From assembly GCA_963715715.1 (NCBI GenBank), contig OY970269.1, forward strand, positions 1,688,797-1,752,796: a stretch of 64,000 nt of DNA, written 5' to 3'. Both the position numbers and the translations under genes were made by a program. The stretch is from an uncultured Alphaproteobacteria bacterium (GTDB taxonomy: Bacteria; Pseudomonadota; Alphaproteobacteria; Rhizobiales; Beijerinckiaceae). The notes under the pieces are model-generated. The model did no database searches. It was not told the origin of the DNA and saw only the letters and a list, made by a program, of their open reading frames with translations. Shown one piece after another: positions 10,327 to 19,934 of the stretch (position 1 is the stretch's first letter; every line of letters begins with the position of its first letter).

Positions 10327-10763
10327 TGGCAACCTCCATGAGACGAACGAATTGAAGCCCGCAGGAACGCGATAGAACCACTCTCGGGCGTCGACCAACT
10401 CGGGGAGGCGATCAAAGGTTGCTATTTTAACCGACCTGTTTTGGCGATCTTTGTGATTCACGCGACAAACGCCAAAAACCTCAAGCTACGCCGTCAGCAT
10501 GCTCCCTCATAGCGCGCGCCGCGCGCCAGCGCTTGGCCACTTTTTCTTGGAGCCGGCGCGGCGAACCTCGCACACTTGAGCACCCCGCCTGTCATCAATT
10601 AGTAATATTCCCCAAAGCGTAAGCTAGTCACCCCTAGGTTACCCGCTTGTGTGCGGCCAATTCGTTATCCGTAGGCAAATGTTCGACGACGACGCGTCCC
10701 GAAGCATATGATATTCGCTCAGGTCAAGGCGAGGGGAGAGCTTTTATCTTAAAGCGTCAATGC

Positions 10764-10777
10764 TTGACCCTGATCAA
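10764..10777. promoter_or_regulatory. Candidate FixK/Fnr box
   Basis: TTGAC-CCTG-ATCAA versus consensus TTGAT-N4-ATCAA, about 90 nt upstream of hsp20. Confidence 0.55.
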
Positions 10778-10866
10778 AACCGAGGGCAAATTCGAAGACT
10801 AGTCTTGCGCGCGGCGGCGCGCCTTGACCTCCCGCGCAAGGCGACAGCCTGAAATGGAGCCAAGCC

Positions 10867-11373
10867 ATGCCACTTTTGCCAAGCCTCAGGACCAGAAGCC
10901 AAAGCCTCGCCGATCCCTTCGCGGCGATCAGGCGCGATCTCGACTCGTTCTTCTCCGATTATGGTCGGGATTTCCCGGCGCTCGCCGAAGTCGGCGCGCG
11001 CATCCCCGCGCTGAACATCGCCGAGACGCCGGACGCGGTCGAGATCACCACCGAACTCCCGGGCGTCGATGAGAAAGACATCAACGTCAGCCTCGACGGC
11101 AACCGCCTCGTCATCTCCGGCGAGAAGAAGCTCGAGAGCGACCGCAACGACAAGGAATGGCGCGTCGTCGAGCGCAGCTACGGCGCGTTCCATCGCGCCA
11201 TCGCCCTGCCCTTCGAGCCGAAGGAAAGCGCGGTCGCGGCGCATTTCGATAAGGGCGTGCTGCACGTCAAGGTCAGCAAGCCGTCCGAATCCGCCAAAGA
11301 GAAAAAATCGATCGAGATCAAGGCCGGCCCGCCGGCGGCTTCTGCTCCCGGCGAGGCCTCAAAGGCGGCCTGA
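10867..11373 (+). CDS. Hsp20/alpha-crystallin small heat-shock protein
   Basis: ELPGVDEKDI, ERSYGAFHRAIALP, FDKGVL and IEI tail motifs. Confidence 0.93.
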   Translation: MPLLPSLRTRSQSLADPFAAIRRDLDSFFSDYGRDFPALAEVGARIPALNIAETPDAVEITTELPGVDEKDINVSLDGNRLVISGEKKLESDRNDKEWRVVERSYGAFHRAIALPFEPKESAVAAHFDKGVLHVKVSKPSESAKEKKSIEIKAGPPAASAPGEASKAA

Positions 11374-11454
11374 TTCTCTCTGCGCTCCCGCGGCGGAGGC
11401 GGTTTCGAGGATGCGAAATCCGCTCGACTCAGCCGGATTTCGCGAACGCACTAA

Positions 11455-11483
11455 AATGCTGCGCAACAATGCTGCGCAGCATT
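11455..11483. promoter_or_regulatory. Direct repeat plus perfect 16-bp palindrome, candidate operator (PhaR-like)
   Basis: AATGCTGCGCA at 11455 and 11468; AATGCTGCGCAGCATT (11468-11483) is self-complementary. Confidence 0.4.
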
Positions 11484-11671
11484 CCCGCGCAGCGATCCTG
11501 CGCGGGCGACGCAGACATCGAACCGCACGCAAACCCTCGAATAATACGTGGGTAAAGTCGCCGTCGCGCTTGCTCTGCCCGCGGCGCCGGCCTTTACTTC
11601 CGCCCAGCGGTTGTGGGGAAAGCGCCCGCCTCGCCGTCAGCGAACGGGCCGCGGCGAGGAGAAAATCTTCA

Positions 11672-12931
11672 TTGACGAGGCCCCAGCCTCAGCGCCTCTC
11701 GGATGATGCGCTGCTCGATCTCGTGCAGCGGCGGACCTTCGCCTTCTTCTGGGAAGGCGCCCACCCGGTCAGCTTTCTCGCTCGCGACCGCACCGGCCTT
11801 GACGCCGACCCGCAAGACGATCTCGTCTCCGTCGGCGGCTGCGGCTTCGGCGTCATGGCCATCATCGTCGCCGTCGCGCGCGGATGGATCGGACGCGCCG
11901 CGGCGGTCGAAAGGCTGACCGCCATGCTCGCTTTCCTCGAACGCACGCCCGCCTATCACGGCCTCTTTCCGCATTTCCTCGATGGGCGCACCGGCGCGAC
12001 CATTCCCTTCGGCCGCAAGGATGACGGCGGCGACATCGTCGAGACCGCCTTCCTGTTTCAGGGCCTGCTCTGCGCGCGCCAATTCTTCGATGCAGACGCC
12101 CCCGGCGAAAAGCGCCTGCGTGACCGCGTCACCTGGCTGTGGAGCGAAGTTGAATGGAGCTGGCACACGCAGGGCGGCCGCAAGGTCCTGACCTGGCACT
12201 GGAGCCCGAACAACGGCTTCGCCCTCGACCATGAGGTGCGCGGCTGGAACGAGTGCCTCATCGCCTATGTGCTGGCGGCCGCCGCGCCGCGCTATTGCAT
12301 CGACCCCGCCGCCTATCATGGCGGCTTCGCGCAGAGCCGCACTTTCATCAATCGCCGCAGCTTCTATGATCTCGAATTGCCGCTCGGACCCGATTTCGGC
12401 GGGCCGCTGTTCTTCGCGCATTATTCCTTCTGCGGCCTCGATCCGCGCGGCCTTGTCGACGACTACGCCGATTATTGGCGCCAGAACGTGCAGCACGTCT
12501 TGATCAACTATGAACATTGCGCGCGCAACCCGCATGGCCACAAGGGCTATGGCCCGTCCTGCTGGGGCCTCTCCGCGAGCGACGATCCCGCCGGCTACCG
12601 GACGCATGCGCCCGACCACGACAATGGCGTCATCTCGCCGACCGCCGCCCTGTCGAGTTTTCCTTACGCGCCGGAGCAGGCCATGCGCGCGCTGCGCCAT
12701 TTCCACGATGATCTCGGCGAGCGCATCTGGGGCCGCTTCGGCTTCGTCGACGCGTTCAGCGAAGGGCACGGCTGGCGCGCCGAGAGCTATCTCGCGATCG
12801 ACCAGGGACCGATCGTGGCGATGATCGAGAACCACCGCAGCGAACTGTTATGGAATCTCTTCATGGCCGATCCAGACGTGCGGCGGGGCCTCGCGCGGCT
12901 CGGCTTCAAATCGCCCCATCTGAGCGCCTGA
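11672..12931 (+). CDS. Glucoamylase-family (PF10091-type) protein, GH144 endo-beta-1,2-glucanase-like
   Basis: LTWHW, WNECLIAY, GGPLFFAHYSFCGLDP, WGLSASD, SPTAA, GFVDAF, AIDQGP motifs; TTG start after AGGAGA. Confidence 0.82.
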   Translation: MTRPQPQRLSDDALLDLVQRRTFAFFWEGAHPVSFLARDRTGLDADPQDDLVSVGGCGFGVMAIIVAVARGWIGRAAAVERLTAMLAFLERTPAYHGLFPHFLDGRTGATIPFGRKDDGGDIVETAFLFQGLLCARQFFDADAPGEKRLRDRVTWLWSEVEWSWHTQGGRKVLTWHWSPNNGFALDHEVRGWNECLIAYVLAAAAPRYCIDPAAYHGGFAQSRTFINRRSFYDLELPLGPDFGGPLFFAHYSFCGLDPRGLVDDYADYWRQNVQHVLINYEHCARNPHGHKGYGPSCWGLSASDDPAGYRTHAPDHDNGVISPTAALSSFPYAPEQAMRALRHFHDDLGERIWGRFGFVDAFSEGHGWRAESYLAIDQGPIVAMIENHRSELLWNLFMADPDVRRGLARLGFKSPHLSA

Positions 12932-12932
12932 C

Positions 12933-14312
12933 GTGGGGCCTTCCGGCGACGATCTCGGCCGCTGGATGGCGCGCCAATATGCGCTCTCCACCAAAGCCAT
13001 GCTCGGCGCAATTTCGCGGACCGATCTCGTCAAGACGCGCCACGGCTTCGGCCGCCTGGTGCGCCCGGCGAAAGGCTCAATTCTCGCGTCGCCGGTTATG
13101 GCGGCTTACGATCCCGATCCTGATTATTTCTTCCACTGGCTGCGCGATTCCGCGGTCGTCATCGACGCGCTGCGCTGTCTCGTCGACGACGGCGCCGTCG
13201 CCCGAGGGAAGGGTCTCGAAGTCTTCAGGGATTTTCTCGCCTTCAGCCTTGCTGTTTCATCGCTCGACGGCCGCGGCTTCCTCGCAAAAGCGGGCGATTT
13301 CCGGTCGAAGGTCGAGCCGGATTTTCTGCAGTTTCTGCGTCCAGACGACGAAATCCGCGCGCTCGCAGGCGATGATGTTCTCGGCGAGCCGCGATTTGAC
13401 CCGGACGGCTCGATCGATATTCTGAAATGGTCGCGGCCCCAGCATGACGGACCGGCGCTGCGCGTCCTTACTGTGCTCAAATTCCGTTCCATCGCGGCGG
13501 CCGATACGGAGGCGGCCGCGCTGGCGGACGAACTTTTGCGCCGCGATCTCGGCTTTACGCTGGCGCGTTGGCGAACGCCCTCCTTCGACATCTGGGAAGA
13601 AGAACTGGGCCGCCACTATTATACGCAGCTCGTGCAGTGCGAAGCTTTAGCGCAGGGCGCGCAATGGCTGGACAGGATCGGCGATCCCCGTAGGGCGGAG
13701 GACTGCCGCGAGGCGGCGCGGGAGATCGAGGCTGAGCTGCAGGACTATTGGAGCGAGGCGCGGGGCTTTACCCGCAGCCGGATCGGCGGCGACAGTGAAA
13801 AGGAACTCGACATCGCGACGCTGCTCGCCATGGTCCATGCCGGACGCGGCGCGGGGTCTCATAGCGTCAGCGATCCGAAGGCGCTCGCCACCGCGCGGCG
13901 GCTGGAGGATTTGTTCGCGAGCCTCTATAAGATCAACCGGCAGACGCCGACAGGCCGCGCGCCGGCGATGGGCCGCTATGCGAACGATCGCTATTATAGC
14001 GGCGGCGCCTATTATTTCTCGACGCTCGGCGCGGCGGAGTTTTACTACAAGGCGGCGGCGGCTTCGCGGACCTTTGCGGGTTTGCATGACGATAGTCATA
14101 TAAATTCGTTCGACGCATTTTTTCGACGCGGAGACATGTTCATGGCGACGGTTGCGGCATTTACGCCGGATAGCGGCGACCTTTCCGAGCAGTTCGACCA
14201 GACGAGCGGCGCCCAGAGTTCGGCGAAAAACCTCGCCTGGAGCCATGCGGCCTTGATCACCGCCTGTTCGAGCCGCGCCGCCGCGCTTCGACCCGGAGGC
14301 CCCGCGCCATGA
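12933..14312 (+). CDS. GH15 glucoamylase (glucan 1,4-alpha-glucosidase)
   Basis: YFFHWLRDSA, WSRPQHDGPALR, FDIWEE (acid), LSEQFD (base), LAWSHAA motifs. Confidence 0.85.
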   Translation: MGPSGDDLGRWMARQYALSTKAMLGAISRTDLVKTRHGFGRLVRPAKGSILASPVMAAYDPDPDYFFHWLRDSAVVIDALRCLVDDGAVARGKGLEVFRDFLAFSLAVSSLDGRGFLAKAGDFRSKVEPDFLQFLRPDDEIRALAGDDVLGEPRFDPDGSIDILKWSRPQHDGPALRVLTVLKFRSIAAADTEAAALADELLRRDLGFTLARWRTPSFDIWEEELGRHYYTQLVQCEALAQGAQWLDRIGDPRRAEDCREAAREIEAELQDYWSEARGFTRSRIGGDSEKELDIATLLAMVHAGRGAGSHSVSDPKALATARRLEDLFASLYKINRQTPTGRAPAMGRYANDRYYSGGAYYFSTLGAAEFYYKAAAASRTFAGLHDDSHINSFDAFFRRGDMFMATVAAFTPDSGDLSEQFDQTSGAQSSAKNLAWSHAALITACSSRAAALRPGGPAP

Positions 14313-15208
14313 TCGACAAGCTCGAATTCCTGCTGGCGCTGGCCCGCGAGCGCAATTTCAGCCGCGCCGCGGAAAGCTGCGGCGTCACCCAGCCAACGCT
14401 CTCGGCCGGCATCAAGCAGCTCGAGGACAGCCTCGGCGTTCTGCTCGTCAACCGCAGTTCCCGCTTTCACGGCCTCACCGCCGATGGCGAACGCGTGCTT
14501 GAATGGGCGAAGCGCATCGTCAGCGACACGCGCGCGATGCGCCAGGAAGTCCGCTCGCCCAAGGCCGCGCTCGTCGGCCATCTGAGCATCGCCGCCGTGC
14601 CGACAGCGGCCGCCATGGCGACGCAGCTGACGACGCCTTTCCGCGAGAAGCATCCCGAGGTGCGCTTCACCATCCTCTCGCAGACCTCGCGCGAAATCCT
14701 CGCCATGCTCGACGGCCTCCAGATCGATGCCGGCCTCACCTATCTCGACAATGAGCCGCTTGGGCAAATCCGCACGCTGCCGCTCTATTGGGAGCGCTAC
14801 CGGCTGCTCACTTCGGCGCATCTGCCGCTCGGCGACCGCGCCAGCGTAACCTGGAAGGAGGTGGCGCAAATCCCGCTCTGCCTGCTGACGCCTGACATGC
14901 AGAACCGCCGCATCATCGACCGCCTTCTCGGCGGCGGCGCGCCGCCGCATCCGCCGATGCTGGAATTGAATTCCATGGTGGTTCTCGCCGCCCACGTTCG
15001 CACCGGACTGTGGTCGAGCATCATCCCCGAGACCTTCGCCGAGGTGCTCGGCCTCAGCGAACCGCTGCGCTCCATACCGATCGTCGAACCGCAGGAGGTG
15101 CAAAGGATCGGCCTCGTGCTGCCGCGCCGCGAGCCGATGCCGCCGCTGACCCGCGCCCTTGTCGCCGAGGCGAACCGCCTCGCTTTGCCCGAGGAAGCCG
15201 ACGCGTGA
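14309..15208 (+). CDS. LysR family transcriptional regulator
   Basis: N-terminal HTH FSRAAESCGVTQPTLSAGIKQLE; ATGA overlap with the upstream stop. Confidence 0.92.
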   Translation: MIDKLEFLLALARERNFSRAAESCGVTQPTLSAGIKQLEDSLGVLLVNRSSRFHGLTADGERVLEWAKRIVSDTRAMRQEVRSPKAALVGHLSIAAVPTAAAMATQLTTPFREKHPEVRFTILSQTSREILAMLDGLQIDAGLTYLDNEPLGQIRTLPLYWERYRLLTSAHLPLGDRASVTWKEVAQIPLCLLTPDMQNRRIIDRLLGGGAPPHPPMLELNSMVVLAAHVRTGLWSSIIPETFAEVLGLSEPLRSIPIVEPQEVQRIGLVLPRREPMPPLTRALVAEANRLALPEEADA

Positions 15209-15272
15209 TTTTGCAAAACGCGCGTGTCATGCTTTAGACCAACGCCAAGCCAACGCATGCGGGGACGAGGGC

Positions 15273-16592
15273 GTGCTGGATCAAAACAACGCCGCAAATC
15301 CCGGCTTCGGGGAGCATCCCTTACGCGCCCGCGTGCTGGCCGAGGTGCACGCGCGGCCGTTCGAGCCGATGTCCGGCGCAATGCGCATCCTGCATTTCGC
15401 CTTCATCACCGATCACGAGGCGGCGGAGCGGGCGCAGGCGGCGTTGGCGCAGTTCTGCCTCGACCGCGCCGCGCCGCTGCCCGCGCCCGGCGCCAAGCAT
15501 CATCGCGTCGAACTCGCCCCGGCCGTGCTGCGCTTCGAGCGCCATGGCGAATTCGTCACCTACACCTGGGAGTTTCCGCAGGACATCGCCGCCGGCGCCT
15601 GCGAGGCCGAAAGGATCGCTTTTCGGCCCGAAGCCGGCGATCTCGCCCGCGTGATGCGCATGCTGCCGCAGCCGGGGCCGCTGCTCGTCGCGGTCGATCT
15701 CGACGTGTTGCCGGAGGCCAGCGTCGGCGACAGCTGGCGCCATTTGTTCGGCCCGAGCGAGCTCGCCGCCTCCGAAGTCGCGGACGGCGCAGCCATTGCC
15801 GCGACCGACTTTCACGCCGACGTCTTCGGCTTCGTGCGCATCCTCGTGCTCGACCGCAGCCTCAGCGCGATCGAGGCCGGCGCGCTGACGCAGCGGCTGC
15901 TGGAACTTGAAACCTATCGCACGCTGGCCCTTCTTGGCCTTCCCGTCGCGCAGGAGCTCAGCCCCGGCATCGCCCGCATCGAGGCCGAGCTTCCCTCTCT
16001 GCTCAGCCAGATGCGCGACAGCGAAGGCCTTGAGGCGAGCCGGCAATTGCTGCATCGCCTCAACGGGCTCGCCGCCGAACTCGAAACCGGCGCCGCGCGC
16101 AGCCTCTACCGCTTCGGCGCGACGCGGGCTTATGATGAGGTCATGCGCGGGCGGCTCGAAGCCATCGGCGAGCGCGCCCTGTCCGATGCGCCGACGCTCG
16201 CCGCCTTCCTCGCCCGCCGTCTCGCGCCAGCGATTAGAACCTGCGCCGCGGTCGAGGCGCGCCAGGACAATCTTTCGCAAAAACTCGTACGCGCCGCGCA
16301 ATTATTGCGCACGCGCGTCGAGGTCGAGCTTGAGAGCCAAAACCAGGACGTGCTGCGCTCGATGAACGAGCGCGTGCGCATGCAACTGCGCCTGCAACAG
16401 ACCGTCGAGGGCCTCTCCGTCGCCGCCATCACCTATTACATCGCCTCGATCGCGCATCTGATGCTCGAAGGCATCCACAAGCAGGCCGAATGGCTCGACC
16501 CGACGCTGGCGACGGCGCTCGCCGTGCCGTTCATTTTCGCTTTCGTCTGGTGGAACGTGAGGCGCCTGCGCAAACGCCATCACGTCGATTGA
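15273..16592 (+). CDS. DUF3422 family protein
   Basis: EVHARPF, ERHGEF, QRLLELETYR, RLQQTVEGLSVAAITYY motifs; C-terminal TM helices. Confidence 0.85.
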   Translation: MLDQNNAANPGFGEHPLRARVLAEVHARPFEPMSGAMRILHFAFITDHEAAERAQAALAQFCLDRAAPLPAPGAKHHRVELAPAVLRFERHGEFVTYTWEFPQDIAAGACEAERIAFRPEAGDLARVMRMLPQPGPLLVAVDLDVLPEASVGDSWRHLFGPSELAASEVADGAAIAATDFHADVFGFVRILVLDRSLSAIEAGALTQRLLELETYRTLALLGLPVAQELSPGIARIEAELPSLLSQMRDSEGLEASRQLLHRLNGLAAELETGAARSLYRFGATRAYDEVMRGRLEAIGERALSDAPTLAAFLARRLAPAIRTCAAVEARQDNLSQKLVRAAQLLRTRVEVELESQNQDVLRSMNERVRMQLRLQQTVEGLSVAAITYYIASIAHLMLEGIHKQAEWLDPTLATALAVPFIFAFVWWNVRRLRKRHHVD

Positions 16593-16707
16593 GGGCGCAT
16601 GGTCCCATCGTGCGGGCTTGACCCAGGCATTCAAACCGCGATCTGCTGCCACAGGGAATTTGCCTCAGGCGCACCGGGCGCGAAAAGCAGCAAGGAAAGC
16701 CGCAACA

Positions 16708-18420
16708 TTGCATCACGCAGTCCCGCTCATCACGACCATCGCCGCCGCCTTCGGATGCGCCCTCATCCTCGGCATGCTGGCCGCGCGCGCGAAACTGCCG
16801 GCGCTGGTCGGCTATCTCCTCGCCGGCATCATCATCGGTCCCTACTCGCCCGGCTTTACCGCCGATAGCGAGATCGCGCACCAGCTGGCCGAAATCGGCG
16901 TCATGCTACTGATGTTCGGCGTTGGCCTCCATTTCTCGCTCGAAGACCTCTGGGACGTGCGTCGCGTGGCGCTGCCCGGCGCGATTTTGCAGATCGCCGT
17001 CGCCACGCTGCTCGGCGCCGCCTTCGCACGGCTCTGGGGATGGAGCCTCGGCGGCGCGCTGGTCTTCGGCCTCGCCCTTTCCGTCGCCAGCACCGTCGTG
17101 ATGTTGAAGGCGATGGAGGCCAACGGCAGCCTGAAGACCGTCAGCGGCCGCATCGCCGTCGGCTGGCTCGTCGTCGAGGATCTAGCCATGGTGCTGGTTC
17201 TCGTGCTTTTGCCGCCGCTCTCGGGCGCGCTCGGCGGCGAGGGCGCGAAAATCTCCGCGCCTGACCTTTATTACACGCTCGAAATCACCCTCGCCAAGAT
17301 CGCCGCCTTCGTCGCGGTGATGCTGCTGGTCGGCAAGCGCGTCTTTCCCTGGCTGTTATGGCAGGTGACCCGGACCGGCTCGCGCGAACTCTTCACGCTC
17401 TGCGTCGTCGCCGCCGCCGTGAGCCTCGCCTATGGCGCAGCCGAATTATTCGGCGTCTCTTTCGCGCTTGGCGCATTCCTGGCTGGCATGGTGATTCGCG
17501 AATCCGAATTCAGCCACCGCGCGGCGGAAGAATTGCTGCCGCTGCGCGACGCCTTCGCGGTGCTGTTCTTCGTATCCGTCGGCATGCTTTTCGATCCTTC
17601 CGTGCTGGTGACGGAGCCCGGCCGTGTTCTCGTCGTCGTCGCCATCATCATCTTCGGCAAGTCGCTCGCCGCCGCCGCTCTCGTGCTGGTGTTTCGCTAT
17701 CCGCTCAACGCGGCCCTCACCGTCGCGGCGAGCCTCGCGCAGATCGGCGAATTCTCCTTCATTCTGGCCGGCCTTGGCATGAGCCTCGGCCTTCTGCCGC
17801 ATCAAGGCCAGAACCTGATCCTCGCCGGCGCGCTGATCTCGATCACGCTGAACTCGCTGCTGTTCCGCGCGATCGCGCCGATCGAGGCGTGGGTCCTGTC
17901 GAAGCCGCTGCTCGCGCGCTTCATCAAACACGCCGACGATCCGCTCGCCGAGCTGCCAATGGCGACGGATGATAAATATCTCGCCGGACAAGTGGTCCTC
18001 GTCGGCTACGGCCGCGTCGGACGCCGCATCGCCGCCGCCTTCGCGGAGGCCGCGATCCCTTTCGTCGTCGTCGACCAGAACCGCGAGCTTGTCGAGCGCT
18101 GCCGCGCGCATGACATTCCCGCCGTCTGCGGCAACGCCGCCGACATGGCGGTGCTGATCCAGGCGCATGTATCGAAAGCGAGCCTCCTCGTCATCGCGAC
18201 GCCCGATTCGCTCGACGACCGCAAGATCATTTCTGTCGCAAGGCAGATCAATCCGGCGATCGAGACGGTGGTGCGCACCCATAATGAAGAAGAGGCCGCC
18301 CTGTTGCGCCAGGAGCAAGCCGGCGTCGTGTTTCTGGGCGAGCAGGAGCTGGCGCGCAGCATGATCCGCCACGTGCTGGAGCGGTTCGGCCGCGACAAGG
18401 CGCAGGCGCGGGGCGCCTGA
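16708..18420 (+). CDS. ybaL: CPA2 cation:proton antiporter with TrkA-N domain (YbaL/RosB-like)
   Basis: LAEIGVMLLMFGVGLHFS, LPLRDAFAVLFFVSVG, GYGRVG NAD-binding domain; TTG start chosen by similarity to MHH.PLI starts. Confidence 0.85.
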   Translation: MHHAVPLITTIAAAFGCALILGMLAARAKLPALVGYLLAGIIIGPYSPGFTADSEIAHQLAEIGVMLLMFGVGLHFSLEDLWDVRRVALPGAILQIAVATLLGAAFARLWGWSLGGALVFGLALSVASTVVMLKAMEANGSLKTVSGRIAVGWLVVEDLAMVLVLVLLPPLSGALGGEGAKISAPDLYYTLEITLAKIAAFVAVMLLVGKRVFPWLLWQVTRTGSRELFTLCVVAAAVSLAYGAAELFGVSFALGAFLAGMVIRESEFSHRAAEELLPLRDAFAVLFFVSVGMLFDPSVLVTEPGRVLVVVAIIIFGKSLAAAALVLVFRYPLNAALTVAASLAQIGEFSFILAGLGMSLGLLPHQGQNLILAGALISITLNSLLFRAIAPIEAWVLSKPLLARFIKHADDPLAELPMATDDKYLAGQVVLVGYGRVGRRIAAAFAEAAIPFVVVDQNRELVERCRAHDIPAVCGNAADMAVLIQAHVSKASLLVIATPDSLDDRKIISVARQINPAIETVVRTHNEEEAALLRQEQAGVVFLGEQELARSMIRHVLERFGRDKAQARGA

Positions 18421-18517
18421 ACGGGCGAAATGCCGGCCTCAGGCTGGCGCGCCGGGGGTTTTTTGCTAGAGTTCGCGCATCGCATGCCGCGGCGGCCATG
18501 CGCGGGAGAGAAACGCC

Positions 18518-19069
18518 TTGCGGAGCAGCGACGAGATCGCGGATTTGCTCGTCGCCGTCGCCGGCGGCGATCGCGAGGCATTTCGCGCGCTCTACGACGA
18601 GACTTCGCCGAAACTTTTCGGCGTCATCTTGCGTATCATCCGCAACAGATCTTCGGCGGAAGATATTTTACAGGATGTTTATCTCAAAATCTGGCGCAAT
18701 GCGGCAAGCTATTCGCGCGAGGCGGGTCCGGCGCTGGCCTGGCTGAATTCGATCGCCCGGAACCGCACGATCGATCGCTTGCGGCAGAAGAGCTTCGCGA
18801 CGCCGCCTGTCGCCGAGGATGGCGTCGATTGGTACGAGAAAATCGCCGCGCCGGGCGACCCCGAGGCCGATCTCGTCACTGTCGCCGCGCTGCGCCGCTG
18901 TCTCGGCGCCATCGAGGAGCCCAATCGAAGCTGCGTGCTGCTCGCCTATTACGAAGGCTACTCGCGCGATGAGCTCGCGGCCCGCTTCGGCAAACCGGTG
19001 AATACGATCAAGACGTGGCTGCATCGCAGCCTGCTCTCCCTGAAAGCGTGTCTGGAACAAAGGTCATGA
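18518..19069 (+). CDS. ECF sigma-70 factor (SigK-like)
   Basis: AEDILQDVYLKIW region 2, region 4 YYEGYS..ELA...GKPVNTIKTWLHR. Confidence 0.88.
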   Translation: MRSSDEIADLLVAVAGGDREAFRALYDETSPKLFGVILRIIRNRSSAEDILQDVYLKIWRNAASYSREAGPALAWLNSIARNRTIDRLRQKSFATPPVAEDGVDWYEKIAAPGDPEADLVTVAALRRCLGAIEEPNRSCVLLAYYEGYSRDELAARFGKPVNTIKTWLHRSLLSLKACLEQRS

Positions 19070-19776
19070 ACGAGGACCGCGAAATTCTGGCGGCGGAATA
19101 TGTGCTCGGCACGCTGCACGCTGACGAGCGCACGCTGTTCGTCAGCGTGCTCGCGCAGGACCCCGAGGCGCAGGCCGCGGTCGCGCGCTGGGAAGCCCGG
19201 TTCGCCGCGCTTAACGCCGCCGTCGCCGAGGTCCCGCCGCCGCCGGCGGTCTGGAGCCGCATCGAGCGCCAGCTGCCGCCGGCCGAACCGGCGCTGCGCC
19301 TCATCGAGGGCGGCGCGGGCTTATCGAACAGCGCCGTCTTGCGCCGCTCTCTGGCGCGTTGGAAGGCGGCGGCGGTCGCCGCGAGCCTGCTCGCCGCCGG
19401 GCTCGCGATCTTCGTCGTCGATCGCGAGCTGATCCGCCATCCGGGCGTGCAGCCCTCCTATGTCGCGGTGGTCAATCGCGGCGGCGATCAGCCGGCGCTG
19501 ATCATTCGCGTCGATCTCGCCGAGGGCGCCATCTATGTGCGCCCGCTCGCCGCCGAGGCGCCAAGTGGCAAGAGTCTGGAGCTGTGGTACATCGGCGCGG
19601 GCAAGCCGCCGAAATCGATGGGCGTCGTCGGCGACGCGGCGATCAGAATGCCGCTGCCGGCCGGCCTTTCGCCGGAGAAGGCGAGCTTCGCCGTGACGCT
19701 TGAGCCGCCGGGCGGCTCGCCGACGGGCGATCCGACCGGGCCCGTCGTCTATTCAGGCCAGCTCGTCCGGGAATGA
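19066..19776 (+). CDS. Anti-sigma factor, RskA-like
   Basis: LAAEYVLGTL N-terminus, single TM, LELWYI and FAVTLEPPGGSPTGDPTGPV C-terminus; ATGA overlap with the sigma gene. Confidence 0.87.
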   Translation: MNEDREILAAEYVLGTLHADERTLFVSVLAQDPEAQAAVARWEARFAALNAAVAEVPPPPAVWSRIERQLPPAEPALRLIEGGAGLSNSAVLRRSLARWKAAAVAASLLAAGLAIFVVDRELIRHPGVQPSYVAVVNRGGDQPALIIRVDLAEGAIYVRPLAAEAPSGKSLELWYIGAGKPPKSMGVVGDAAIRMPLPAGLSPEKASFAVTLEPPGGSPTGDPTGPVVYSGQLVRE

Positions 19777-19934
19777 AACGCGGGCAAGGAGCGCGGTAGA
19801 GGACCGGCTCTCCCCGCTCGCTTTCCTGTTCAGCGCTGGAGTTTCCGCAAACCCTGGCGGAAGGTCCCAGCCTGAAAATCGCGGTGGCGCGGATTCTCGG
19901 CGCCTCCACGTTTTCACCGCGTTCGTCGCGGCAT

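Noticed and set aside
10780-10866. ROSE RNA thermometer in the hsp20 5' UTR
   Set aside because: No U(U/C)GCU anti-SD motif paired with the ribosome-binding site could be found.
11069-11671. 620-aa ORF implying a long N-terminal extension on the GH144-like protein
   Set aside because: The extension overlaps hsp20 in another frame and the intergenic region; an RBS and TTG at 11672 give a normal-length protein.
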